Shown piece by piece: positions 1 through 8,596 of a DNA stretch of 43,233 nt. The notes under the pieces are model-generated. The model was not told the DNA's origin. It saw nothing but the letters and a program-made list of their open reading frames with translations, and did no database searches. The translations under genes were made by a program, and so were the position numbers. The stretch's first letter is position 1. Every line of letters starts with the position of its first letter. This DNA is from Candidatus Bathyarchaeota archaeon. Its GTDB lineage: Archaea; Thermoproteota; Bathyarchaeia; Bathyarchaeales; DTEX01. The stretch lies in the NCBI GenBank assembly GCA_018396555.1, contig JAGTQL010000001.1, positions 22,273 through 65,505 of the forward strand, read 5' to 3'.

Positions 1-1466
1 ATTTTTGTTCCGGTTATTATGTATGGTTCGGCAAACGTGACGGCTGCTGGCGCCGCTTCAGCCTTCTCGGCTCTCTCAGCGAATTCTTCAAGGATCCCCT
101 CGTAGACAACGCCTAGCTTAGCGTCCACAGTCACCATAGCGCCGTCTTCGAGGGCTTCTGTTGCTGGCGCACCCCTAGAGGCTGTTCCAACAATGCATGG
201 GATCCCTAGCTCCCTGGAGACTATGGCTGCGTGGCATGTCATTCCACCCGAGTTTGTTATGATGGCCGCTGCCTTACGCATCGCTGGAACCCAGTCTGGC
301 GCCGTCATCTCTGTGACGAGTATTTCGCCCTTCTGGAACTCGTTGATTCTATCAACGGTCGGTATAATATGCACTTTTCCAACAGCCACACCTGGAGACG
401 CCGGCAGACCCTGGATGAGAACCTTCCGCTCCTTTGTTACAGCCGGCTTCTCCTCAACAACTTCGGCTTTCTTAATAGCCCAGACTGTTTCCGGCCTGGC
501 TTGAAGTATGAACAGTTTGTTTGTTCTTTCATCCAGTGCCCACTCTATGTCCATGGGCTTTCCGTAATGCTGCTCAATCATGATGGCGTATTTGGCCAGT
601 TCCTTAATCTGCTCGTCTGTAAGCACCTGCTTTTCCTGGAGGTCCGGTGGGACATCCCTGCGTTCTGTTCCGCCTGTTGGAAGCCTGACCAGCTGAACTG
701 TCTTTCTGGAAATGTTCTTCTTCACTATTTCCAGGTCGGATTTCCTGACGTAATATTCATCCGGCGTTATTGTTCCCTGAACTATGAATTCGCCCAGCCC
801 ATAGCCAGCCTCTATCAGAACAACGCTTCTGTCCCCTGTTGCAACATCTAGGGTGAATATGACACCGCTGGCTTTGCTGTAAACCATTAGCTGGACCACG
901 CTGCTTAGGGCCACAGCCATGTGGTCGAAGCCCTTCTGGACCCTGTAGAATATAGCCCTATCGGTGAAGAGACTCGCGTAACAGTGCTTTATTTTTTCAA
1001 CAACCTCCTTAGCAGTGTGAACATTAAGGTATGTTTCCTGCTGGCCAGCGAAGCTTGCATCCGGCAGATCCTCGGCTGTTGCTGAGCTGCGCACTGCAAC
1101 AAACGGGTTCTCATCGCCTATTCTTTCAGCCAGCTCCTCATACGCTTTAACGATTTCTTCCTCCAGGTCTTTAGGCATGTCGGCGGAGGCTATTAGTTCC
1201 CTGATCCTTGCGCCTACCTTCTGCAGGGTCTGCGTGTCGTTCGGGTCCTTCAGCTCCTTGAGGATCCCCGCCATTTTCTCGTCTAGATTGTTTGCCTTTA
1301 TGTAGTATCTGTACGCTTCAGCTGTTGTTGCGAAGCCGTATGGCACTGGAACGCCTACTTTCCTAATCATTTCACCTAGGCTTGCGCTTTTTCCCCCGAC
1401 GACCGGCACATCTTCGATGCCTATTTCCTCAAACCATAATACGAACTTTCCCTTTTTGCTTGACAT
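1..1466 (-). CDS. ppsA: Phosphoenolpyruvate synthase, N-terminal ~488 aa (partial; C-terminus lies beyond position 1)
   Basis: Not in the ORF track because it runs off the left edge. Minus-strand translation from the ATG at 1466-1464 reads MSSKKGKFVLWFEEIGIEDVPVVGGKSASLGEMI... An alternative ATG is at 1472, with GGAGGT at 1475-1480. The phosphohistidine motif TNSGGMTCHAAIVSRELGIPCIVG lies at about 190-260. Confidence 0.9.
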   Translation of the reverse strand, partial: MSSKKGKFVLWFEEIGIEDVPVVGGKSASLGEMIRKVGVPVPYGFATTAEAYRYYIKANNLDEKMAGILKELKDPNDTQTLQKVGARIRELIASADMPKDLEEEIVKAYEELAERIGDENPFVAVRSSATAEDLPDASFAGQQETYLNVHTAKEVVEKIKHCYASLFTDRAIFYRVQKGFDHMAVALSSVVQLMVYSKASGVIFTLDVATGDRSVVLIEAGYGLGEFIVQGTITPDEYYVRKSDLEIVKKNISRKTVQLVRLPTGGTERRDVPPDLQEKQVLTDEQIKELAKYAIMIEQHYGKPMDIEWALDERTNKLFILQARPETVWAIKKAEVVEEKPAVTKERKVLIQGLPASPGVAVGKVHIIPTVDRINEFQKGEILVTEMTAPDWVPAMRKAAAIITNSGGMTCHAAIVSRELGIPCIVGTASRGAPATEALEDGAMVTVDAKLGVVYEGILEEFAERAEKAEAAPAAVTFAEPYIITGTK

Positions 1467-1488
1467 TTGCATTTACCTCCAGACATGA

Positions 1489-2016
1489 TCACGTTACATT
1501 CTGGGTGACTTGAACCTCCTGCTCAGGCAGCTTCTCAATAATTATTCTGCATGTGGTGGGCAGCTTCGCCTCAGCCCTTCTAAGGGCTTCTTTAGCGGCC
1601 TCCAAACCGTTTTCCTCAACATTAACAATTATTATCGGCTGGTTGGGTTCAACACGGGCTGCCCTGCCGATAGGCTTGCCGAACGCCCTACGCATCCCCT
1701 CCTGAAGCCTATCAGCGTGCGCTCCAAAAATCATCTTATTTTCCCTTAAAATCATGTGGGGGAGAACCATGACCCTCATGAAAAATCTATCGCCCAGCTT
1801 CTCCTGAAGGTATCTGTTCGCCGCAATTCGGGCTGCTTCAAGAGCGTTATGCCTTATCTGAATCCTCTTATCAGCTACAAGCGAAACCTGATGTGTTTGG
1901 CTTTCAGAGGGTTTTCCAGCCGTGAATTTGGTTATTTTCGGCTGCGGGGGACCATGTACATACTCATGTCTAGTGTAGGGCATTCCCTTAACTTCACGGT
2001 AGTTACGCGCCTTCAT
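1489..2016 (-). CDS. rpl10e: 50S ribosomal protein L10e (uL16)
   Basis: MKARNYREVKGMPYTRHEYVHGPPQPKITKF...IRHNALEAARIAANRYL...LRENKM...GADRLQEGMRRAFGKPIG matches the L10e pattern. I trimmed the tracked ORF (to 2118) to the internal ATG at 2016, which gives the usual ~175 aa. Confidence 0.9.
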   Translation of the reverse strand: MKARNYREVKGMPYTRHEYVHGPPQPKITKFTAGKPSESQTHQVSLVADKRIQIRHNALEAARIAANRYLQEKLGDRFFMRVMVLPHMILRENKMIFGAHADRLQEGMRRAFGKPIGRAARVEPNQPIIIVNVEENGLEAAKEALRRAEAKLPTTCRIIIEKLPEQEVQVTQNVT

Positions 2017-2143
2017 CGGTTTTCCCCTTATGATACCATCATCAGAAGTATTTAAATTTTCACTTAGACGGCTCCGGCGCATTGGCGCAATCAAACATCT
2101 GGGAATGATGGGAAGCATGGAAGTCTACTAGGTGGAGACCAGG

Positions 2144-2671
2144 TTAAGCTTGACGGCCTTCGCCCTTGCCTTTGAACCATACTTTGGAGAGCTCCTCGTA
2201 GTTTTTGAATACGTTTCTCAGTATCGGTATGTACATTTTGATCTCTTCATTGGTCATGTACTGGAATTGGTATTCGCCCGTGTAAGGCGACTCCTCACCT
2301 ATTCTTGTTATGAATTCTATGTGCATGAACGGGTCGCCCCTCTTGATCGTTATCGGTGTCCTCTCATTGTTCAAGTTTACAACTTCAAGGGCCAGTCTCC
2401 CAATGAAGCCGCTGTGGACCTTAGCGGCGTTGAGGAAGGATAACCCCATACGTCCATACCTGCTTTTGGCCGTTAGATGAGCAACAATGTTCGGCAGCGT
2501 GAAGACAATTTCGTTGGAGACCAGATTTCTATGCTCCAGATACTGAAGCGTAACCTCCTCCTTAACTGTAAGCACGTAGCTGTCCCCATCCAGGAGGTTT
2601 AGGTCGAACGGGTAGATGCACCTATACTTCTCTATGATTTCAAGAAGCCTATCTTTACCAAGCACGCACAT
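2144..2671 (-). CDS. dcd: dCTP deaminase / dUTPase-fold protein
   Basis: 175 aa. SRYGRMGL...SGFIGRLALEVVNLNNERTPITIKRGDPFMHIEF...SPYTGEYQFQ resembles the Dcd family core (G-S-x-x-R-x-G, dpGf-G-x-lEl-N, pY-GkYq-Q). Confidence 0.65.
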   Translation of the reverse strand: MCVLGKDRLLEIIEKYRCIYPFDLNLLDGDSYVLTVKEEVTLQYLEHRNLVSNEIVFTLPNIVAHLTAKSRYGRMGLSFLNAAKVHSGFIGRLALEVVNLNNERTPITIKRGDPFMHIEFITRIGEESPYTGEYQFQYMTNEEIKMYIPILRNVFKNYEELSKVWFKGKGEGRQA

Positions 2672-3060
2672 TCCACATCACGCTTTCAGACAAAAAACTG
2701 AGAAGATCCCTAAAAAAGATTATGTAACACGCCCAAATCTACTAAGTTAATAGCTAATTCAGAATTCGCCGCAGATAACCTTATTTGTTGTCAGATATTT
2801 CCGCAGGTCGAACCCCAGATTTTGAGGGTAAAGCATCATTTTGGTTTCACTTTGTTTTTAAGGATAATAGCGCAGTGATGTCTGCCACTACTTCTTTTTG
2901 CCGGGATGACTTACCAACGGGATTCTCGTTATCTCACCCAGCATAGCCATGGCGTATGCCTATAGTTAGTTCTCCCGGAAACTGGGGGTGTCTTCAGCAT
3001 CAAATTTAAATTATACGATTATGAAAGATAAGATGGGCCGCTGGGGAACGCATATTGACG

Positions 3061-3202
3061 GGGCCCGTGAAATGGGCCTAGCCTAGAAGGCGCCATTAGG
3101 CTCATTCGGGAAGCGTAGCACGGATAGCGCGTCGGCCCTCTAAGGTGAAAGCACATCGATGAAAGCCGGAGATCCTGGGTTCAAATCCCAGCGGGCCCGC
3201 CA
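3061..3202 (+). tRNA. tRNA-Arg (anticodon TCT at 3139-3141) with two introns (3070-3112 and 3143-3163); CCA encoded
   Basis: Acceptor stem GGGCCCG/CGGGCCC is 7 bp perfect. D arm is GCGT-AGCACGGATA-GCGC (3113-3130). Anticodon stem is TCGGC/GCCGG. Variable loop is AGATC. T arm is CTGGG-TTCAAAT-CCCAG. Discriminator is G, followed by CCA. The spliced length is 75 nt plus CCA. Both removed segments sit in bulge-helix-bulge-like folds. The isotype call is less certain than the tRNA call because position 33 is C. Confidence 0.85.
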
Positions 3203-3257
3203 CTTCTTAGGTTCGGAACCTCTATATAATTCCTATATGATTATTTTTTGATGGTTT

Positions 3258-3500
3258 ATGGTTAGAATTAGTTATGCTTATTTGCTTAATGATTCTGATG
3301 TTAGGCGATGGTTTAAGAACGTTGCTAGGGGCCTGAGGGTTACTGCCGATATTTATTTGCGTAGGCTTGGCGGGGTCTGTGAACGTTTGGGCCTTGATCC
3401 AAAAGCTCTCATTGGGCTTAGTGATAGGGAGTTAGCGGCTGTTCTCACAGATTTCATCTCAAGTCTCGAGCGTGAGGTTAAGGCTGGATGTTATGCTTGA
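3258..3500 (+). pseudogene. Tyrosine recombinase/integrase, N-terminal fragment only (80 aa)
   Basis: DVRRWFKNVARG...TADIYLRRLGGVCERLGLDPKALIGLSDRELAAVLTDFISSLEREVKAGCYA resembles the N-terminal SAM-like domain of archaeal integrases. The ORF stops where the catalytic domain should begin. It lies 56 nt downstream of the tRNA. Confidence 0.5.
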
Positions 3501-3687
3501 GAGCCAAAAATAATTAAAAATTTCTAACAGCAAATTTGTTTCCTTTTAACTTACACCAAAGATGACCAGAAAGCTTCGTGTGGGACTCCCACTTATACAA
3601 CAAAAGCTCAAAGAGATAAAATAATTTTTAAAAAGTGGAGAGTTTTATGAAGTCTTAATTCTAAAATGATGCTAAAGGGGCGCGGAT

Positions 3688-3984
3688 ATGTCGCGGATGT
3701 TTAGTTTTTCTAAGCATGCTAGGGATAAGATGAAGGAACGGGGAATAGAGATAGAGAATCTGAGGAAAGTTTTTGAAAGTCCCAGGTTTAGATTCTATGA
3801 TATTGCGTCAAGAGCTGAGGTTATAGTAGGCGAAAGCTTCTTATATAACCTCAAAATTTTCCTTGTAGTCATCTTCAGGAGAAGGGACGATTATCTGCAC
3901 TGTTCTGTTCATGCTTTGCTTTTAAGAAAACTTCACTTAAGTGAAGGATTCTTATCTTTGATTGGTCTTAATAAGAAATGCTAA
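3688..3984 (+). CDS. DUF4258-like small protein (putative toxin-type); C-terminus possibly frameshifted
   Basis: FSKHARDKMKERGIEIENLRKVF...LVVIFRRRDD resembles the DUF4258 pattern (HA-x-x-Rm-x-eRgI). The last ~30 aa look non-native and overlap the convergent vapC 3' end by 33 nt. Confidence 0.4.
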   Translation: MSRMFSFSKHARDKMKERGIEIENLRKVFESPRFRFYDIASRAEVIVGESFLYNLKIFLVVIFRRRDDYLHCSVHALLLRKLHLSEGFLSLIGLNKKC

Positions 3985-4431
3985 AGGTAGTTCTCTCAGC
4001 ATTTCTATTTTTTCAAGCATCTCCTTCTCCGGCCTTAGGAAGAACGCTTTTGCCTGGAGCTTTATTGCAGTAGCTATCACATAGCAGTCTGATAAAGATA
4101 TTCTGAGCTTTTTCCTGAGCTCTCCGGCTTCGACCGCTATATCTGGTGTTACCTCAACTACTTTAACTCTTAGAGTAAGCCAGTTAACGAAGTTCAGTGC
4201 TTCCTCGTTGGGCTTCTCGACACCAGCTAGCTCATAGAGCCTAGATGCTACGTATATGAGCTCTGAAATTGTAATGGGCGTTATATATAGATCCGTGATC
4301 TTCTTCAGCACGCCCTCAAGAAGATCCGCAACGGCGCTCCTATGGGAGGAGCCTCCCACAATATACTCTACTAAAACTCCCGTATCAACCACGTATTTCT
4401 CTAAGGATTCTCCTAAACTTCTCTTCCTCAA
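3952..4431 (-). CDS. vapC: PIN-domain ribonuclease toxin VapC
   Basis: YVVDTGVLVEY...ITPITISELIY...LSLSDCYVIATAI gives the acidic PIN residues (D near the N-terminus, E, D). The true start may be the GTG at 4392, which overlaps the vapB stop by 8 nt. Confidence 0.75.
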   Translation of the reverse strand: MRKRSLGESLEKYVVDTGVLVEYIVGGSSHRSAVADLLEGVLKKITDLYITPITISELIYVASRLYELAGVEKPNEEALNFVNWLTLRVKVVEVTPDIAVEAGELRKKLRISLSDCYVIATAIKLQAKAFFLRPEKEMLEKIEMLRELPLAFLIKTNQR

Positions 4432-4630
4432 GCCTACTCTCCTCGCCTATTAGCTCCTCAACAATGTGTGGGTCTATATTAACGACCCTTGGCTTGAGAG
4501 GTCTTATCACTATTTCCCCCTCCCTAGCCTCAACAGTCACTTCACCCTCATTTATACCGGCAGCCTCCCTCAGGGACTTGGGCAGTATCAGCACTCCTTT
4601 CTCCCTCACTTTTAGTACAGCTTTAATCAT
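4385..4630 (-). CDS. vapB: AbrB/SpoVT-family antitoxin VapB
   Basis: 81 aa. KVREKGVLILPKSLREAAGINEGEVTVEAREGEIVIRP is a typical swapped-hairpin AbrB/MazE motif. It lies immediately upstream of the PIN gene and overlaps it. Confidence 0.75.
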   Translation of the reverse strand: MIKAVLKVREKGVLILPKSLREAAGINEGEVTVEAREGEIVIRPLKPRVVNIDPHIVEELIGEESRLEEEKFRRILREIRG

Positions 4631-4895
4631 ATTTTCACCAATAACAATATGATTAACTAACCTATAAAGTTTAACTTATTAGATTTGCTTATCTATCCCG
4701 ATTATCTTAACTATTATTCCCGCTTTATGGGCTAAAAATATTCAGAAGGAGGAAGTAGCCTGGTTATAAGCATGATCGGAGAATTTAAAATGGGAAGTGA
4801 TGCGAAGGGCGCTGTTTGGGGTTTGAAACTTATATAGGATGGATTCCCATTTTTCATACTGGAATCTCTTGAAAATTTCTTTAGAAGAGTATTGT

Positions 4896-5067
4896 TTATG
4901 GGAGTGTCATCAAATTATATTTTCTAGAGACCTCCCGTTGTTTCCCGTCAAAGGGTAAGAAACGTTTTACTTTCACGGATTGCCAACGACATGTAGAGCG
5001 CATCGTAAATTGTTATTCTGCTTTCTAATGCTTTATCCAGATGTTCTTCTTCCTTTCTTAAATCCAT
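4896..5067 (-). pseudogene. PIN-domain gene remnant (C-terminal part, internal stop/frameshift)
   Basis: Minus-strand translation gives MDLRKEEEHLDKALESRITIYDALYMSLAIRESKTFLTL*. After a +1 shift it continues FDGKQREVSRKYNLMTLP*. The iYDAlY-x-x-LA ... T-x-D pattern is the PIN C-terminal half. No intact N-terminal half lies upstream. Confidence 0.4.
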
Positions 5068-5288
5068 ATTTCCGCTTAGATACTTATTAAACAGATTAAG
5101 GAATTTGAGGACTCTAAGATTTATAGGTATTTAGAGAAATATGAGGATGAATTTCCCTCTTAAGTCCTCCTTGCCTAAATTATATTGTTTTGTTGAGGCT
5201 TTTGTGCCTTTTTACAGTAATAGGTGCTCAAAACCCATCTTAAGTTAGGGGGTATCTTATGGTAAGTTTGGAAGAGGCACAATCCGGC

Positions 5289-5777
5289 TTAAGCGTCTTT
5301 ACCTGAGAGTTTTTCGCTGAGGGTTGAGACTAGCTTATTCACTTCTTCCAGCACGTCTTTAACGTCTTCATTTGTTGCAAGGTTCTCGTAGAAGTTTTTA
5401 TGCATTGAGTCCGCTTTCATGAAGGCTGTTCTAACCCATTCGCCAAGCTCCCTTACAACCTCATCTTTATATTTCCAGAGGTCTGCGTGGCTCTCAATCT
5501 TTCTCCCTCTCTCGTAGAGCGCGTGGGACTTTATCGCTAGGGCACATGCACCCCAAATCTTCTCTGACGCTTGCCTAAGATCCCCCCTTTCAAACTCTAA
5601 GCGAGCTTGATGAATCAGGTCCAATGCACCCTCAATATATCTTCTGAATAATACAGAAGGATCTAAGTCGCCCACAGCTATCTCAAGTAGATACTCGCTT
5701 AAACTTATCCCCCTCTCTTCAGCTTTCCTCCTTAGCTCCCTAAGCGCGGCTTCGGGCACAAATACTTGAATACTCAT
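5289..5777 (-). CDS. PaREP1-family protein with an RHH-like N-terminus
   Basis: GDLRQASEKIWGACALAIKSHAL...IESHADLW...AFMKADSMHKNFYEN matches the PaREP1 signature (qAseK-W-A ... sH ... LH-nFYe). The N-terminal IQVFVPEAALRELRRKAEERGISLSEYLLEIA looks ribbon-helix-helix-like. Confidence 0.7.
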   Translation of the reverse strand: MSIQVFVPEAALRELRRKAEERGISLSEYLLEIAVGDLDPSVLFRRYIEGALDLIHQARLEFERGDLRQASEKIWGACALAIKSHALYERGRKIESHADLWKYKDEVVRELGEWVRTAFMKADSMHKNFYENLATNEDVKDVLEEVNKLVSTLSEKLSGKDA

Positions 5778-6207
5778 AATATTTCATCCCACTTTAAACC
5801 AATACGATTAATTCATTAATAAAGTTGTCTTCCATCCTCTCACGTATAAGGCAATTAACAAGCGTTAGAAGAAGCATTAACACTATGATTGCGTGCGGAT
5901 CCTTCGCCCCGGTTCTTTTTTGACCCAGCCTAATCTAATCCTACTTTCCAGAGAGCGTCTTGAGGGGATGCGTCAAGTCCGATTCGACTTCTGTGGAGTT
6001 GCAGCATAGGGTTTGGAGGGGGACTGATTAATACATATGTTACGTAAACAACGGCGTATTGCATCGACTGTTTATATGTAAACGGTTGGATTTAGAAAAC
6101 TAGAATGACTCTTGAAGATGATTTCCTGTAATTTTAGCCTTTAAATCTGATGCTTGAGAGCAACATTTTAGAAAAATTTATCTTTTTGTTAATTATTAAC
6201 AGAAGAT

Positions 6208-6582
6208 GTGGGAAACCCTTCTCATCACGCAAAGATTGCCGAGGAAAACTTTCGAGGAGCATTAGCAGAGTTGGAAAACGGGAGATTTTCAAATGTTGGC
6301 CTCCTTTGCCTGAGGGCTTTAGAGCAGATGATTGAGGCTTGCGCTTCAAAGGAACACCTTCACTTTCATGAACACCCTAGAATCGCACATATGGATCGCC
6401 GTAGCTGGCTGAAAGCGCATCACCCAGACTTACTGGTCATATGGGATCAACTTTGGGGGATTTACGGTGCTTTAGGTTATGGAGGGCAGAATGGGGAGAG
6501 AGCGGAGCAAGCTTTAACCATGCTTAAGAAGTGTTTAGGCGAGTTAAGTAAGAGGGAGAAGATTGAGATTGGAGGTTTATGA
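6208..6582 (+). CDS. HEPN-domain protein (putative toxin of a HEPN-MNT pair)
   Basis: GTG start. It is a helical 124-aa protein with AEENFRGALAELENGRF...RALEQMIEA and a candidate R-x5-H motif (RSWLKAH). It overlaps the downstream nucleotidyltransferase gene by 20 nt. Confidence 0.65.
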   Translation: MGNPSHHAKIAEENFRGALAELENGRFSNVGLLCLRALEQMIEACASKEHLHFHEHPRIAHMDRRSWLKAHHPDLLVIWDQLWGIYGALGYGGQNGERAEQALTMLKKCLGELSKREKIEIGGL

Positions 6583-7192
6583 TAAGTTAAAGCTGATAGC
6601 CGACGAGATTGGGAAGATAGACGGCGTCGTAGGCGTAGTCCTCTTCGGCAGCTACTCTAGGGGGGATTTCGATGAGGGAAGCGACATCGACCTTCTCGTG
6701 ATATTTAAAAATAAAAGCTCGCTTGAGAAGGGGCAGGAGAAAATATATGGAATAACGGCTCAGTCGGATCTTTTCATCCAGGCGATAGCTTTAACGCTGA
6801 GCGAACTTGAAGAGTCAACTATCCTCGAAGAGGTTATCCGCGATGGAAAGCTATTATATGCCGCCGGAAATCTGGAGAGGTTCTCGCCCGCCAACTTTAA
6901 GCCCTACGCGCTTATAACTTATAGCGCCACAAACCTAAAAGCGAAAGAGAAGGTGGCTTTCATCCAAAAGCTGGAGGGACGGAGGGTGGGCGGGTACAGG
7001 TATAATGGGCTTCTACAAAAGGCCAACGGCTACAAGGTAGGTAAAGGCGTCCTGATGATCCCGCTGGAAAGCTTTGAAAAAATAACCAGGTTCCTAGAAG
7101 AAAACAAAGTAGAATATATGGTGAGATATGTCTGGATCTTCGATGCCCCATCCAGAAAGTCCAAAACTAACATTTCTCATGGATTTTGTTAG
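6563..7192 (+). CDS. Minimal nucleotidyltransferase (MNT) domain protein with a ~100-aa C-terminal extension
   Basis: VVLFGSYSRGDFDEGSDIDLLVIF is the G-S-x-x-R-G ... D-x-D polymerase-beta NTase motif. There is no in-frame ATG near the start, so TTG at 6563 or 6569 is likely. At 209 aa it is roughly twice typical MNT size. Confidence 0.75.
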   Translation: MRLEVYDKLKLIADEIGKIDGVVGVVLFGSYSRGDFDEGSDIDLLVIFKNKSSLEKGQEKIYGITAQSDLFIQAIALTLSELEESTILEEVIRDGKLLYAAGNLERFSPANFKPYALITYSATNLKAKEKVAFIQKLEGRRVGGYRYNGLLQKANGYKVGKGVLMIPLESFEKITRFLEENKVEYMVRYVWIFDAPSRKSKTNISHGFC

Positions 7193-7240
7193 TTTTCTGT
7201 GCTAACATTTTTTCATCATCGTTTAAGTAATTAAAATTAA

Positions 7241-7594
7241 TTGAGCATCATCCATTTCGCCACACCAATCACTGAGGAGGTCTATTATTTCGCCGGATTT
7301 ATTGGCGAGAGAATGGCAGTTGTGTTTCTTCACGGGATCATGACCGCAATAGCCGTAACCAGCATATTGAAGGGTGGAAAAGGGTTTTTAACCGGATATG
7401 CTGGAGCGGTTCTATTTCACGCATTTACAAACATAGGTGCACTGCTCTATCAGATCCAATTTTTGGATGCAACAGTCGCATCATTATATTTGTTTCTTCC
7501 TCTGGCTGTTGGCTTCTTTGTTTTTGAACAACTGCATAAGAAAATAGCGCAAAGCCAAAAACCCGCTGAAACCATCTTTTTCAGCAGAGACTAA
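7241..7594 (+). CDS. Membrane protein, probably a truncated C-terminal half of a YhfC/PrsW-like intramembrane protease
   Basis: It has three to four predicted TM helices. GFIGERMAVVFLHGIMTAI and LFHAFTN resemble the ER...H / H...N motifs of that family. It has a TTG start and there is no room upstream for the N-terminal half. Confidence 0.35.
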   Translation: MSIIHFATPITEEVYYFAGFIGERMAVVFLHGIMTAIAVTSILKGGKGFLTGYAGAVLFHAFTNIGALLYQIQFLDATVASLYLFLPLAVGFFVFEQLHKKIAQSQKPAETIFFSRD

Positions 7595-7672
7595 CAGCGC
7601 GCTTGGGCATCATAGCCCTCGCCTGACGAATTAGATCTGCTTTCTCTATATTATGGTGCCTATGCGTCTGGA

Positions 7673-7963
7673 GTGGGCCGTCAGCAAAATATCAATCCAG
7701 CCATACCAATCTATGATGATCAAAAGCGATTCACCAAAAAGGAGGTTATAGAAGCCTTAGGAATGAGCAAGCAAACTTTTTACAAATATTTTCCGGAACT
7801 GGAGGAATACGGGATAGTTAAGGTTTCTAGAAAGATAGGGAAAGCTAAGCTTTACAGGATCAACGTTGAACATCCATTAGTGAAAATTCTTAGAGAATAC
7901 GAGTTGAAGCTCTCGCAAGAGATGGCGGAAAAAGCCAAAATGAAAAAGCCGATTTTAGCTTAA
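7673..7963 (+). CDS. Winged-helix DNA-binding protein
   Basis: FTKKEVIEALGMSKQTFYKYFPELEEYGIVKVSRKIGKAKLYRIN has an HTH-plus-wing pattern. GTG start. Confidence 0.5.
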   Translation: MGRQQNINPAIPIYDDQKRFTKKEVIEALGMSKQTFYKYFPELEEYGIVKVSRKIGKAKLYRINVEHPLVKILREYELKLSQEMAEKAKMKKPILA

Positions 7964-7964
7964 C

Positions 7965-8432
7965 TCAGCTCTTTTTAAGTTGGGTTGCTATGTTTTTTCC
8001 GAATTCTTTGCATTTTTGGAGTTCGCCCTCTGCGATTGGTCCCTTTATTCCCTGAACTTTGATTGATAGGCCGTCTGCTATCTTTTTCAGCCTTGGGGCT
8101 TTCTCGCTTATTTTTTCCTCCATTTTCTTCACCGCTTTTTCGAAGTCTTTCCCCATATATGTGTCGAAGACTGCGAACACTTTTCCTTCTAATTGTAGCT
8201 TGCCGAGTTTGTCGATGAATTTTTTGATGCCCCTTGTTGGTCCGCCCATGTGGTTTGGGGAGCCTATTAGGATTGCATCGTAGTTTTGAACATCGTTGGG
8301 GTTAACTTCTTTGAGTTCTCTAATTGAAGCCTCGATTCCTCCAGCCTCGTTTAGGCTCTCCATTATTGTTTCCGCTACACGTTTCGTGTTGCCATACTTT
8401 GACTCATAAACTATGATTACTTTCACCGTCAT
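7965..8432 (-). CDS. Flavodoxin-domain protein
   Basis: MTVKVIIVYESKYGNTKRVAE...YDAILIGSPNHMGGP...VFAVFDTY is a classic flavodoxin FMN-binding pattern. I trimmed the tracked ORF (to 8621) to the ATG at 8432; the upstream extension has no flavodoxin-like sequence. Confidence 0.8.
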   Translation of the reverse strand: MTVKVIIVYESKYGNTKRVAETIMESLNEAGGIEASIRELKEVNPNDVQNYDAILIGSPNHMGGPTRGIKKFIDKLGKLQLEGKVFAVFDTYMGKDFEKAVKKMEEKISEKAPRLKKIADGLSIKVQGIKGPIAEGELQKCKEFGKNIATQLKKS

Positions 8433-8596
8433 GTTCGCGATCTCCATTTTTCTTAGGTTTTTAAGATCCCCTAGTTTTAGATGCAAGGAGTTTTGTGTAA
8501 AAGTAAAGTTTCGGGGGCGCATCTTATTTTGAGCTGTAGGGCTTTCGAACATGGCTATCTTCAGGCCTAATTCGCCTAATTCTTCGGGGCGGTCCG

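Noticed and set aside
193-851. Plus-strand ORFs 193-504 and 231-851 from the track
   Set aside because: They lie antisense to a minus-strand frame that translates into an unmistakable PEP synthase, including the phosphohistidine motif. Their own translations are low-complexity and Cys/Leu-rich with no motifs.
2017-2118. N-terminal extension of the L10e ORF, and similar extensions of the flavodoxin (8433-8621), MBL hydrolase (29893-30000), RidA (24208-24222) and pilin ORFs
   Set aside because: The extensions have no similarity to the respective families. Internal ATG/GTG starts give canonical protein lengths and are mostly preceded by GGAGG-like sites.
1510-2443. Plus-strand ORFs 1510-1749, 1756-2055 and 2132-2443
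   Set aside because: They are antisense shadows of the L10e and dCTP deaminase-like genes and have no protein-like features.
2800-2860. GGTCGAACCCC / GGGGTTCGACC string resembling a tRNA T-loop
   Set aside because: No complementary T-stem, acceptor stem or anticodon arm can be drawn around it on either strand.
3035-3046. GGGCCGCTGGGG just upstream of the tRNA, nearly complementary to the tRNA 3' T-stem/acceptor strand (CCCAGCGGGCCC). It could be an inverted partial tRNA copy or a leader-trailer pairing element.
   Set aside because: It is only 12 nt with one indel, and GGGCCC is itself palindromic. This is too short to distinguish from chance, and no att-like context is present.
3137-3145. 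Alternative reading of the tRNA anticodon loop as CTCTAAG, i.e. anticodon CUA (amber-suppressor/Pyl-like)
   Set aside because: It requires an anticodon stem CGGCC/GGCCG that is not present. It also gives an extra nucleotide at position 26 and a 6-nt variable loop. The TCGGC/GCCGG stem with a canonical 37/38 intron fits all other tRNA constraints and gives UCU.
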